In this document: positions 1 to 9,279 of the stretch, in pieces
How positions within the stretch are numbered: the stretch's first letter is position 1
Layout: each line of letters opens with the position of its first letter
DNA from: a virus
IMG/VR virus record: IMGVR_UViG_3300045988_062794
Direction: 5' to 3' (one strand)
DNA length: 64,000 bases
Program-made: the position numbers and the translations under genes
Notes under the pieces: generated by a model
What the model saw: only the letters and a program-made list of their open reading frames with translations
Database searches by the model: none
Told to the model about the DNA's origin: nothing

Positions 1-185
1 AATGAACCTGTGGCTTTCCTCATAGGAAACCAAGGTCCATCACAATTAAAAGAGTATGCTACTTGATGTAATTTATGAAGATTACAAGGTAATTGAGCTT
101 GGTGACAATCAATCTTTATAATTGGTGCACCATTCACACCAGATACAACTCGCTCAAATTGCTGTACTGCACCAATTTTTTCCAT
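1..185 (-). CDS. hypothetical protein, N-terminal part only (ORF runs off the left edge)
   Basis: Hand translation of the minus strand from the ATG at 185..183 stays open to position 1 (MEKIGAVQQFERVVSGVNG...). It is on the same strand as the neighbouring late genes. Confidence 0.3.
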   Translation of the reverse strand, partial: MEKIGAVQQFERVVSGVNGAPIIKIDCHQAQLPCNLHKLHQVAYSFNCDGPWFPMRKATGS

Positions 186-273
186 AGCTTCTCCTACCCA
201 CTCTAAAAAATCACTTATTCTGATTTTATTTTCAGCAAGATCTAAATCTGCAATAACTTTTGCTATTACACTC

Positions 274-939
274 TTACTGCTTATCATTTTTGTTATCATA
301 CTTATATCTCCATTTAAAATTGTAAGCCAATTTTTGTTTTCTTTGACAACATCGTTTGATACTTACTCTAGCATTTTCATTTTTTAAATATCTGGCAGCA
401 GACATTATGGAATCAAATTCATTTAATAATTTGTTATCAGTTGAATATTGTAGCACTGGTTTCCTTTGTGAAGCAACTAGTGGAGAATTTTTCATAAGTA
501 AAGACCGTCTTTCTAATTCCTCTTTTGTCCATATTCTATTTTTATTTGCTTCAATAATTTTACTACGCTGATATTCTGTAATTTCATGTGCTTTACCTTT
601 TATTCCTGTGGTTTTTCCAGCTATTTTGCAAATATTATAATCTCCATCTGAGTCAATATATTTTTGTTCTAATAATAGCAATGTATCTGGTATGTCATCA
701 CATTGTTCTAAAATCCAAAATTCAAATGATGAGTTTCCATATTTATTATATGCATTTTGTAAATGAATATTTATATGTTTATTTTTTACCAGTAGGTTAA
801 AATGTTGTCTGTATCTTTTGCTAAGATTTGATGTACTACCTACGTATTTCTTATTATTCAATATATTTACTATAGCATATATTCCAGCGTGCTTTGGTAA
901 GTTTACTTGTCCGTTATAATAAAATTTAAATTTTTCCAT
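274..939 (-). CDS. GIY-YIG homing endonuclease (I-TevI-like, free-standing)
   Basis: N-terminal GIYAIVN...KKYVGSTSNL..R..QH motif set. The C-terminal part (PVLQYSTDNKLLNEFDSIMSAARYL...NFKWRY) is typical of NUMOD/IENR1-type DNA-binding tails. Confidence 0.85.
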   Translation of the reverse strand: MEKFKFYYNGQVNLPKHAGIYAIVNILNNKKYVGSTSNLSKRYRQHFNLLVKNKHINIHLQNAYNKYGNSSFEFWILEQCDDIPDTLLLLEQKYIDSDGDYNICKIAGKTTGIKGKAHEITEYQRSKIIEANKNRIWTKEELERRSLLMKNSPLVASQRKPVLQYSTDNKLLNEFDSIMSAARYLKNENARVSIKRCCQRKQKLAYNFKWRYKYDNKNDKQ

Positions 940-1385
940 TATAATTCGATGTAATCCCTCTCTTTAGATTTAATAATCTGAGCTAATCTTCTTTTATTGT
1001 CTCTTGTCATTATTAATTGATACATTGTCTTATTGTGATTAAGCATATTATGTTTATTCCAATAGTATCTGTATTTATAAAAGTTAGAATGCTCATTCAA
1101 ATGATAAACTATTTTACCTACTTTCTTTGTTTCTGCATAATCTATCCTGAGACTCCTACCACTATATTCTTTTGGTTTATGTTTTACTATACTTAAGGTA
1201 CCTAGTCTACATGGTAATTTTATCTCTTTACCATTCTCTATTAATTCATCTCTTAAGTATTTAAAATAATCATTGATTATATCTCTAAACACTCTATATT
1301 CTACTTGATATAATGGGTTATCACCAACATAATCAATATAAGATTTGTAGAAGTCTTTGCCAGTATAAGATTTAGTTTCTTGCAT
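939..1385 (-). CDS. hypothetical protein (basic, possibly DNA-binding)
   Basis: 148-aa ORF abutting its neighbours in the late operon. No motif I can name with confidence. Confidence 0.55.
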   Translation of the reverse strand: MQETKSYTGKDFYKSYIDYVGDNPLYQVEYRVFRDIINDYFKYLRDELIENGKEIKLPCRLGTLSIVKHKPKEYSGRSLRIDYAETKKVGKIVYHLNEHSNFYKYRYYWNKHNMLNHNKTMYQLIMTRDNKRRLAQIIKSKERDYIEL

Positions 1386-2031
1386 TTAGTTCATTATTAA
1401 CGTCGTTAGTACTATTATTCGTGGTGTCAGTAGGTACTGATAACATAAAATTTAACTCTTTACTAAAGATTAAATTCTTTAATGTAGGTATTTTGTCAGC
1501 AGGCATTGGATAAGCTGAATCGTAATCATAACAGTCTCCAGCTTTTGTAGGATCTTCTAATATACCATCTATTTCTACATATTCTAAAAAACCAGGACCA
1601 CTTAGGTATAAGTGATTATTCTTTAAGTAAGCAATATAATCATTACATGTATATTTTCTACTAGTCTGGTATTTAGCTTTCGTTTCTGTCCCAACCTGTA
1701 TTAAGTTACCATGCATATCTTTCACAGCAACTAAACCAGAACCAAAGTGTAAATCTATAAACTTAGGTAGTTCATCATCAGAGATATAGTTGAAGCCATT
1801 AGGTACTCCACATCTACTTACTTTAGATATGTGTAAAGGTCCAATAGTTTGTACATACTCTGGATTTATATCTCTACCCTTATCTAGATCCTGTTTAATT
1901 AAATATGCTCTATATTGATGTATCCACTGCTCTATCTGTATACGGGATAGCTTTTCACTTTCGCTAACATCACTATCCCTCACAGTAAGTATGATATCAT
2001 CAATTATTGTATTTAATGAATTAAATGTCAT
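1372..2031 (-). CDS. hypothetical virion/tail-module protein
   Basis: 219-aa ORF with a 14-nt overlap onto the next gene, which suggests operon coupling. Confidence 0.55.
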   Translation of the reverse strand: MTFNSLNTIIDDIILTVRDSDVSESEKLSRIQIEQWIHQYRAYLIKQDLDKGRDINPEYVQTIGPLHISKVSRCGVPNGFNYISDDELPKFIDLHFGSGLVAVKDMHGNLIQVGTETKAKYQTSRKYTCNDYIAYLKNNHLYLSGPGFLEYVEIDGILEDPTKAGDCYDYDSAYPMPADKIPTLKNLIFSKELNFMLSVPTDTTNNSTNDVNNELNARN

Positions 2032-2042
2032 AATTAATTATT

Positions 2043-2696
2043 TTAAATAGTTTCTACATACAATCCAACAAGAGCTGACAAATCATGTGTAAGAGGTTGT
2101 TCACTATTTCTTGTACATTTATATTTTATACCATTTTGGATATAATATTTATCTTTGAATATTTCCATAGGCGGAATATAAATAATAGGATCGTCTATAG
2201 TACCTTTGTGTTCTTCGTCTACTACTTTCCACAAACTTGCAGTAGCCATAGAAGGTTTCCAATTATCTTGAGTAGTATGTTCTTTTATACATTCCCAAAG
2301 AATATTATCAGATAAATATCTTTCTGTTACTTTAACAGTGATACCTGCAACCCATTCTGGATAATGATCTTTAACTTGTAATGCTTCACCTGGAGTAAGA
2401 TCATATGTATTGATTTCTTTAGTAATCTCTTCACCAAGGATATTCAAAGCTAAGATACGACTAAAGTCTCTATTAATTACAGGTTCTTCTTCTGTACTAG
2501 TCCACTCTTCACTATTTAACAATTCAATAAAAGTTGGATCACTAAAGGAATATCTTGGAAATGATTCATCTTCAAAAGGTACTAACATTTCTTCATGTAA
2601 AATAACTTTACTCTGATCTATACTTGTTCTCATTTCGGGCAGTATTTCAATACCATGTGATTTTGCCCATAATAAATCTACTATTGCGTATTTCAT
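2043..2696 (-). CDS. CBM5/12-like repeat protein (fibre-associated), paralogue of 11276..11920
   Basis: ILWECIKEHTTQDNWKPSMATASLWKVV fits the aromatic CBM5/12-type pattern. The C-terminal ~60 aa are nearly collinear with the ORF at 11276..11920. Confidence 0.55.
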   Translation of the reverse strand: MKYAIVDLLWAKSHGIEILPEMRTSIDQSKVILHEEMLVPFEDESFPRYSFSDPTFIELLNSEEWTSTEEEPVINRDFSRILALNILGEEITKEINTYDLTPGEALQVKDHYPEWVAGITVKVTERYLSDNILWECIKEHTTQDNWKPSMATASLWKVVDEEHKGTIDDPIIYIPPMEIFKDKYYIQNGIKYKCTRNSEQPLTHDLSALVGLYVETI

Positions 2697-2697
2697 A

Positions 2698-4791
2698 TTA
2701 TTTTGCTTTTAAAGTTTGTAAATAGTTATATGCTTTGATACAGTCCTCTTTGGAAAGAATCTGATTGTTGTAGATGCCTAAGTTTTTAAAAGCTATTTGG
2801 GTATAATTATTTAAGTTAAATCCTATATTCAAACTTGATTTAACGATCGCAAAATTTTGATCTACGGTATATTCATACTCAACCCAATTTCGATCATATA
2901 ATCTACCATCTGAGCAAATAGCATGCAATGATTTAGTTCCAAAACTTTGTAAACTACGTGGATTATTAATAGATATAAGCAATCCATTAGCAATGTTATA
3001 CAGATAAACATTTTGAGCTTTTACAATGCCACAATTGATCTGAACATTTGATAACAATTCCCAATCTCCAACAATCGTCCAATCTTCGTTCATTGTAAAA
3101 CTAGAGCTCTGAACTTTATCATCCACCCCATCAGTAATGAGGTATCCTTCGTATTCGGGGATTTGCTCAACTAAAACATCTACTTCTTGTGAAGAATTAT
3201 ACCATATACCATTCGTAGCATTTGCTGCATATTGTTTTTGGAAAGTATATACACCATCCTTAGTTATTTTAATATAATCGCCACTTTTATTTGCATTTCC
3301 AGCTAAAAGATGATCACCATCTTTCATACCGGTAATACGTATTTTCCAATCAGCAGAATTAGATACATTTGATAAAACTAAAACATTACCCCTGTCTCCA
3401 GTTCCGATTATTCTAAACGAATCTTTTTTTACATCTGTGGGCTTAACTGTATTATCTTTAAGACTAAACGAGTTGAAATTATATGCATACAACCCATACC
3501 CACTCCCTTCTGCAAACCCAAAATTAGACAGTACAAGATTATTACCATTGCCTGTAATGTTGGCAATAGTAGCACGATCTTCGTCCTCGTTGGTTTTGCC
3601 TACCACTATCCATGCTTGGTCGGGGAAGAGCCAGGGATAGGTTTTAACGAAGTAGTCTTTGATCTTGGTCAGCTCTTCTTCGGTGGCATCATGATCGAGA
3701 AATACAAGTTCCCAGATAGCAGCGTTAATACAAGTTCCTACATTAGTTGGAGCTAATTTCCCAACATGTAGCACATCTGTTCCTTCAAAATTACCAGTTG
3801 TAATCGAAACACCATTATAACTTTTAGATGTCTGATAAGTAAGGATGTGTGGTAAATCATTTTCACTCCCTATTGCTCCAAAAGATATAGGCTTATTAAG
3901 ATGATCGGCTTGTATATTTCTAAATTCCAACAAGAAGGCACCATTATTGAGCCAATTCTTTACATTAGATACTAATCCTAATGCTCCTTCTCCCCTTGTA
4001 ATCCACTGTCTCAACGCCACAACCGTATATCCCTTTTCCTTAGTCAGAATAGGGAAGTTATCACAGGTACCGTAATCGTCTACTCCGTCAAAGACGAGTG
4101 CACCGGGGTAGAGGGGAAGTTGTTCGATGGTGATTTGACCTAAATCCGCACTTGCTAAATGAAGATGCATTTCATTACTTGTATATTCTGGGTTATCTTG
4201 TAATGTTATTATTCCATTTGAAGGCAACTTTAAATACTTATTCGAAGCGGAATTGGCAAATTTCATAACTCCTTCCGGGTAAGTACTTGTAATCTTAATG
4301 GTGACATTATTAGATATACCTAAATTAGATTTACTGATAAACACAATATTCTTTCCTGAACCCTGTGATACTTTAACATCAATAATGACTTTCGAGTTAT
4401 TTTTAGTTATTCCTATTTCTGTAGTATCTCTATTATTCACCCATTTAGAAAAATCACCAACATATCCACCTACCCCGCTCATTCCACCCCAAGCGAAATT
4501 CTTCATTTGCAAATCATGACCATTACCCGTCTTATCTACCCATACAGGATTTTCTTTCATCTGTTCATTAGTAAGACCTAATGCTGAATATCTGGCAATC
4601 ATACCAGAAATAGATGGGAAGTCATCATCGTCGCCTTCTGAAGTAGGGGTATAAAGACCATATTTACGTTGAGCTTGTTCTTCCATTAATTTCCTGTATT
4701 GCTCATACCAAGACTTATAATCTAATTCAGGACCTGCTACACTTATAAGCTTATCTGTATCTTCTACATGTGTTTCATAATGTTTCTTCAT
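2698..4791 (-). CDS. tail fibre / receptor-binding protein with two LamG (concanavalin-A-like lectin) type domains
   Basis: Two copies of the LamG-type motif are present (GALVFDGVDDYGTC and GYLITDGVDDKVQS). It is 697 aa and sits in the fibre cluster. Confidence 0.55.
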   Translation of the reverse strand: MKKHYETHVEDTDKLISVAGPELDYKSWYEQYRKLMEEQAQRKYGLYTPTSEGDDDDFPSISGMIARYSALGLTNEQMKENPVWVDKTGNGHDLQMKNFAWGGMSGVGGYVGDFSKWVNNRDTTEIGITKNNSKVIIDVKVSQGSGKNIVFISKSNLGISNNVTIKITSTYPEGVMKFANSASNKYLKLPSNGIITLQDNPEYTSNEMHLHLASADLGQITIEQLPLYPGALVFDGVDDYGTCDNFPILTKEKGYTVVALRQWITRGEGALGLVSNVKNWLNNGAFLLEFRNIQADHLNKPISFGAIGSENDLPHILTYQTSKSYNGVSITTGNFEGTDVLHVGKLAPTNVGTCINAAIWELVFLDHDATEEELTKIKDYFVKTYPWLFPDQAWIVVGKTNEDEDRATIANITGNGNNLVLSNFGFAEGSGYGLYAYNFNSFSLKDNTVKPTDVKKDSFRIIGTGDRGNVLVLSNVSNSADWKIRITGMKDGDHLLAGNANKSGDYIKITKDGVYTFQKQYAANATNGIWYNSSQEVDVLVEQIPEYEGYLITDGVDDKVQSSSFTMNEDWTIVGDWELLSNVQINCGIVKAQNVYLYNIANGLLISINNPRSLQSFGTKSLHAICSDGRLYDRNWVEYEYTVDQNFAIVKSSLNIGFNLNNYTQIAFKNLGIYNNQILSKEDCIKAYNYLQTLKAK

Positions 4792-4793
4792 AC

Positions 4794-5252
4794 TTATAAG
4801 TTATTTATTGTTATTGTTATTTGTTCTTTATTATCCATCGCCTTCTGAAGTAGGGGTATAAGCTTGTTATAAGCTACAGTAGAATTAGATATCCAATCTT
4901 CTTTCATACCATCCCAAGTACCTACTAGGATACATCCTTCAGTATCAGCTGTTTTATTGCCCGTATGGATACGTATACCTAAGAAGTGAGGTACATTAAG
5001 TATCTCAGGCATAATACGCTTAAAACGGCTAGAATAGCTTAATTTCACCTCATACGTACCAGCAGGTACAGCTGTGTCCCCATACACCTTTTCCTTGCAT
5101 TTACATGTAATTCCTTTAGGTGTATTAGGACATACTTCAGGTAATGGTCTTACTGGATCTTCAAGTGTATCCGATATATACGCACCATCTACATATAACT
5201 CCCCAATAGTATATTCATTAGTGCGAAATATTCTATCTAATCTGAGTTCCAT
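4794..5252 (-). CDS. DUF5675-like protein (YkuD/L,D-transpeptidase-like HxGN..DTxGC motif), possible cell-wall enzyme
   Basis: GTYEVKLSYSSRF...NVPHFLGIRIHTGNKTADTEGCILVG resembles the DUF5675 signature, recalled from memory. Confidence 0.4.
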   Translation of the reverse strand: MELRLDRIFRTNEYTIGELYVDGAYISDTLEDPVRPLPEVCPNTPKGITCKCKEKVYGDTAVPAGTYEVKLSYSSRFKRIMPEILNVPHFLGIRIHTGNKTADTEGCILVGTWDGMKEDWISNSTVAYNKLIPLLQKAMDNKEQITITINNL

Positions 5253-5767
5253 TACGCAGCAGGTGTTTCTAATGCAGCAACTCTCTCTTCTAAAGCACTT
5301 ACTTTAAGAGTTAATGCAGTAATCAATTCCCTTACTTCACTATCGTTGTAATTTGATAAACCTGCAAGCTTGGTCTTTTCTTCTGTAGTATAATCATTAG
5401 TGGATAATCCTTTACCAGTTTGTTTATCTACTTTACCTGCAATAAGTTCTGCATGTGTATTAATAACATCAATTAATTCAGGTAAGCTATCCATAATTTC
5501 AGGAGCATCTCCAATTAAAGCATCAATCTTAGCTTCAATTTCATTTTCACGTCCAGTTGCCCTACTTATTTCAGAAGTGAGATCACTTCTTAGATCTTTA
5601 ATATCTGATGTAGCTTTATTATTTACATAAACCCAATTCTTACCATCAAAATACTTCAAATCACCACCATTAGGATTAGAAGCTAAGTCTGCCCAATATT
5701 TAACAGATGCCGGATTAGGTTTAATTGTACTCCCTAATATATCGTATTTATTATTATATGTATTCAT
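5252..5767 (-). CDS. short tail-fibre protein (coiled coil)
   Basis: The N-terminal KYWADLASNPNGGDLKYFDGKNWVYV resembles the N-terminus of the 1489-aa fibre. It also carries the GKGLSTNDYTTEEKTKLAGL fibre repeat. Confidence 0.55.
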   Translation of the reverse strand: MNTYNNKYDILGSTIKPNPASVKYWADLASNPNGGDLKYFDGKNWVYVNNKATSDIKDLRSDLTSEISRATGRENEIEAKIDALIGDAPEIMDSLPELIDVINTHAELIAGKVDKQTGKGLSTNDYTTEEKTKLAGLSNYNDSEVRELITALTLKVSALEERVAALETPAA

Positions 5768-5773
5768 AAGTTA

Positions 5774-5808
5774 TTAAAATAAAAAAGGTTGACTATTTAG
5801 TCAACCTT
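5774..5808 (-). terminator. intrinsic terminator-like hairpin
   Basis: 9-bp stem aaggttgac/gtcaacctt (5785-5793 / 5800-5808) with a 6-nt loop. The plus-strand A-run 5776-5786 becomes a U-run on the minus transcript. Confidence 0.5.
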
Positions 5809-5814
5809 TGTGTT

Positions 5815-6378
5815 TTAGATTTCAATTTGTTTCTCCTCAGCTTGAGGAACCTTTTCATTAACCTCTGGACGAACAGTAGTTACATTTTGTAAAAGTTGCT
5901 TAAGCTCTTTCACTTCAGCTTTTAATTCATCAAGTTCTTTGAAATCTTTTGTCACATTGGTTGTTATGTCCGGAGTTGTATTAAGTAATTTTAAGATGTC
6001 TTCACATCTCCTCATCTCTTCATCGTATTTTAATACGCTTTCCTTTTTAACTTTGCAGTCATTATAGGATTGCTTAACCATATCTACAATTTGAGTTTTA
6101 TCTGTAGCTATAGTAAGTCCGATGGTAGAATCGGTCATCATTGTTTTATCTTCAGATACTGACAGTTTCTTCTGCTCACCGTCACAAGAGATAACTAAAT
6201 CTACAAGCTTACGCCTATTTTGCATAGGCATTGGGAATTGACCTGGTGGCAATGGTTCATCGTAGGGTTTTGATACACTTACTACTTTACCTAAACTGTA
6301 TGTAGTACTCTTTTTAAAAGTACCTGTAATCTCGAGTACGTGTATATTTGTACCCGGCGTTAACTGTGAGAATGTCAT
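5815..6378 (-). CDS. hypothetical protein
   Basis: 187-aa ORF bounded by terminator-like hairpins on both sides. Confidence 0.55.
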   Translation of the reverse strand: MTFSQLTPGTNIHVLEITGTFKKSTTYSLGKVVSVSKPYDEPLPPGQFPMPMQNRRKLVDLVISCDGEQKKLSVSEDKTMMTDSTIGLTIATDKTQIVDMVKQSYNDCKVKKESVLKYDEEMRRCEDILKLLNTTPDITTNVTKDFKELDELKAEVKELKQLLQNVTTVRPEVNEKVPQAEEKQIEI

Positions 6379-6390
6379 ATCTTTAAGTTT

Positions 6391-6426
6391 AAAAAGATAT
6401 GGGCAGGTATTACTCGCTGCCCATAT
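6391..6426 (-). terminator. intrinsic terminator-like hairpin
   Basis: 10-bp stem atatgggcag/ctgcccatat (6397-6406 / 6417-6426), with a short A-run on the plus strand at 6391-6396. Confidence 0.4.
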
Positions 6427-6442
6427 ACTTAGTTAATATATA

Positions 6443-6880
6443 TTAGGCAGCTGGAGCTGCAGCCACAGTGTAATGATTCATAACCTGAATAACATTATCG
6501 CATTTATTGTAATAAACCCAATATCTGTTACCAGCAGAGATTTCAGAACCAACTAATGGTGTGCTATCTCCTTTTACTACAGGTATATTATTGTTATTTG
6601 AAGCAGTGCTTACTGAACCAGTAGTAGATACAAACACAGGAAGTGTTGCACTAGCAGTGGCAGGAGTATGTCTAACCTCTAATACAAACACACCTTCTCT
6701 AGGAAGTCTACACCACACTTTAGGACAGATACCCAGAACTGTAGATTCTGTTGAATCACTTACGCTTATTGTATTGATTTTCGGTATTACTTGGTCTAAA
6801 ATACGAACGGTATTGTTACGTCCAAAGTAAGGATTAAACATGAAAGGAAACATAATAACCTCCTTTCTTATTAAGCGCAA
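6443..6880 (-). CDS. hypothetical protein
   Basis: 145-aa ORF that overlaps the upstream gene by 10 nt. Confidence 0.5.
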   Translation of the reverse strand: MRLIRKEVIMFPFMFNPYFGRNNTVRILDQVIPKINTISVSDSTESTVLGICPKVWCRLPREGVFVLEVRHTPATASATLPVFVSTTGSVSTASNNNNIPVVKGDSTPLVGSEISAGNRYWVYYNKCDNVIQVMNHYTVAAAPAA

Positions 6881-7818
6881 CAGCTATCACCGTAGCCATA
6901 TCCGTAACCATAAGGGTTTCCATAGCCTGTAAATCCACCATTACATCCATAAGGATTACATGTTAAATATGCAGGAACTGGACAAGGTTTAATCTGATTT
7001 ACAATATTCTGAGTCTGCTGTTGAGTAATAGCAGAAGTTTGCAATGCGTTCTTTTCATCACGTAGAACATCAATCTTATTCTGCATTTCTCTCATTTCTA
7101 ACTGACAGAATTTATCATTGATAATCTGGGTCTGAGCATCTATCTTAGCACCAAGAATGTTAAATCTTGTAGCGTTTTCACTAGACAAGTTGCAGAACCC
7201 TGAAGTAATAGCGTTTTGCAAAGTGTTGGTTTGCTGACAGATAGACAATCTGTTATCAGCATTCATCTGAGTTAAGTTCAAATTAACTGCATCGATTGAA
7301 CGCTGAGTTGTGCAGCAGCAGTCACTAATAGCTTTGATTACGTTGCAATCACCAGCATTAACAGCATTGATTACTCTTTCTGCAGAGAAACCTACTTCAC
7401 CACCAACCTTACCAATTGCATTCTGGATAGAACACAAAGCATTGTCAATTGACTTAACATCACAGTTCAAGTTAGTAGACAAGGTATTGATTGCTTCCTT
7501 GTTACCATTGATAGCCTGCATCAACAAATCAGTATTGTTGTTCTGGTTACCCATAGCGGCTAAACGAGCGAAGTCAGAGTTGGTTTCAGCCTGGTTGCCA
7601 CGACCGAAGCCGTTGCCACCCCATCCGCCCCACATCCAGAAGAGCACGATGATGAAAATCCACCACCAACCACCATTGCCACCGAACATACCATTACCGT
7701 TGTTCATCATAGCCATCAAAGCAGCAGGATCAAAACCTTTATTAGCATTTTGCATCAAAGCAGCGATACCGGGGTCAATACCACCACGGTCTACAATTAT
7801 TCTTTCGTTTTCTAACAT
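6871..7818 (-). CDS. hypothetical membrane-associated Gly/Trp- and Cys-rich protein
   Basis: Contains GGNGGWWWIFIIVLFWMWGGWGGNGFG (a likely TM segment), a long N/Q-rich helical region with about 14 Cys, and a G/Y-rich tail ending GYGYGYGDSCCA. Confidence 0.5.
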   Translation of the reverse strand: MLENERIIVDRGGIDPGIAALMQNANKGFDPAALMAMMNNGNGMFGGNGGWWWIFIIVLFWMWGGWGGNGFGRGNQAETNSDFARLAAMGNQNNNTDLLMQAINGNKEAINTLSTNLNCDVKSIDNALCSIQNAIGKVGGEVGFSAERVINAVNAGDCNVIKAISDCCCTTQRSIDAVNLNLTQMNADNRLSICQQTNTLQNAITSGFCNLSSENATRFNILGAKIDAQTQIINDKFCQLEMREMQNKIDVLRDEKNALQTSAITQQQTQNIVNQIKPCPVPAYLTCNPYGCNGGFTGYGNPYGYGYGYGDSCCA

Positions 7819-7864
7819 AATGATTTATTTTTTAATTGATTTAAATTACTTGATTGTTTGATAA

Positions 7865-8626
7865 TTAGAAATATCTAATAGATGTGTTTCTAGCATCTCT
7901 ACTCTGAGTTTTGCTATGCATATCTTTTTCACGTGCTTCACGCTCCATTTTCATGCGTCGCATTTCCACATCAGAGTAATCATCATATTCATATCCACGA
8001 GAACGTAGTTCATAAGGACGATCGTGTTTATGATAATATTTATCATAGTCCAAATATTCTGGTTCTCTATAACGATTCAAAGAATAATTACCTTTACGAT
8101 ATTCGTGTTCATAAGCTTTATAATCATTCTCTTCGTCATCACACATGATATAAACGTAATAATGCCACATCTTACCTTCTGAAATGTCTTTGTCACAAAT
8201 CCAAGCTTTGGTAAGTTCTGCAAAATGTTTTGTGTTATTGCTGCCAGTCATTGCTACAACAGCTTTATAAAAATCTGAATAGATCATATTCATAGCAACA
8301 TACCAATCCCATTTGTTATGTTTCTCTGATCTTAAGTTTATGCCCATTTGATTGGCAACGGACGTTGTCTCTTCAACCGTCCAATGAGGGCCTTTAGTGC
8401 CATCCTCATTTTCCATGCCTTCTACTGCGTATCTGGCATGTTCCTCATCAAAGTGAGGACCATTTATAGCTTCATATACATTAGCACAGAGTTCTGATTT
8501 AAGTATCTGGAAGCCCTTCTCTAACAAACTACCTTCGTGCTTTTCTAAAGCTTTACCAAGCTTATCAATAGCTTCAGTAGGAGAAGGATGGTGTTTGATT
8601 TGATCTAGAATTTTATTTAAATGCAT
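7865..8626 (-). CDS. hypothetical protein
   Basis: 253-aa ORF rich in His, Tyr and Trp. No family recognised. Confidence 0.5.
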   Translation of the reverse strand: MHLNKILDQIKHHPSPTEAIDKLGKALEKHEGSLLEKGFQILKSELCANVYEAINGPHFDEEHARYAVEGMENEDGTKGPHWTVEETTSVANQMGINLRSEKHNKWDWYVAMNMIYSDFYKAVVAMTGSNNTKHFAELTKAWICDKDISEGKMWHYYVYIMCDDEENDYKAYEHEYRKGNYSLNRYREPEYLDYDKYYHKHDRPYELRSRGYEYDDYSDVEMRRMKMEREAREKDMHSKTQSRDARNTSIRYF

Positions 8627-8673
8627 AGTTTCAATTTGTTTATTGATTAATACTAAATTGAAATGTTTTGCAA

Positions 8674-9279
8674 TTATTTTGAAATAGTTATAACCCTTGT
8701 TTCAATTGTCTTGATTAAAGGGTTTGTATTAATTATCTGATAGTCTCTTATTAAATCTTTTTTAAAATTTAGTGTGAACAAACGTCTAAAGAAACCTTTT
8801 TTACGCCATACTTTACGTTCACTTATATATAAATCTTGACGATTTCTAATGTCTAGTATATGTGTTAATATACTATCCTTTCTCTCTATTTTGATTGTAG
8901 TCAATTGATTTGGTTTTAGTTCTACTAAAAAGTCAGGATTAGGATCCTTTATTTTATGTAGTGTAGTATCTTTAATTACTGTTTCAGTAGAAGATACTGT
9001 ATTTAGCTCTTTGTCTTTTAATTTAAGCTCTTTAGCTTGTTTCCTTACTACTTGTACTAAACTGTCATTAGATTCTTTAAAATCGTCTATAGTAAGCATT
9101 AAGACTTTATTATTATCCTCAGCGTTGCTGAGTTTACCTTCATAATAATGTAAAGCACGTTTAGTTTCTACTAATCTATTATCTAAGTAATCTACTTTAT
9201 TACTAAGCCTATAATTATTTAAACCTAAGAAGACAGTAAGTGCAACAAAACCTATTTTAATATATCTCAACACATTCAC
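8674..9279 (-). CDS. N-terminally membrane-anchored coiled-coil protein (possible spanin-like lysis accessory)
   Basis: Hydrophobic N-terminus IKIGFVALTVFLGL followed by predicted coiled coil. Its start abuts the stop of the holin-like gene. Confidence 0.3.
   Translation of the reverse strand: MNVLRYIKIGFVALTVFLGLNNYRLSNKVDYLDNRLVETKRALHYYEGKLSNAEDNNKVLMLTIDDFKESNDSLVQVVRKQAKELKLKDKELNTVSSTETVIKDTTLHKIKDPNPDFLVELKPNQLTTIKIERKDSILTHILDIRNRQDLYISERKVWRKKGFFRRLFTLNFKKDLIRDYQIINTNPLIKTIETRVITISK

Noticed and set aside
356-800. Plus-strand ORFs 356..571 and 588..800 inside the GIY-YIG gene
   Set aside because: They are antisense to a gene with clear motifs, and the sequence is low-complexity and hydrophobic as expected for AT-rich reverse frames. 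The same reasoning applies to the plus-strand ORFs at 2085..2315, 2410..2616, 3437..3640, 4298..4519, 5074..5307, 5400..5630, 6561..6830, 7310..7861, 7933..8148, 9484..9768, 15255..15476, 17316..17657, 23672..24082, 25983..26237, 27105..27362, 27919..28230, 28925..29176, 29676..29915, 30170..30433, 31003..31236, 32285..32611, 32578..32901, 37700..37921, 38813..39103, 41026..41307 and 42114..42296. It also applies to the alternative-frame minus-strand ORFs 28743..28934, 32706..32891, 34521..34706 and 39045..39248.
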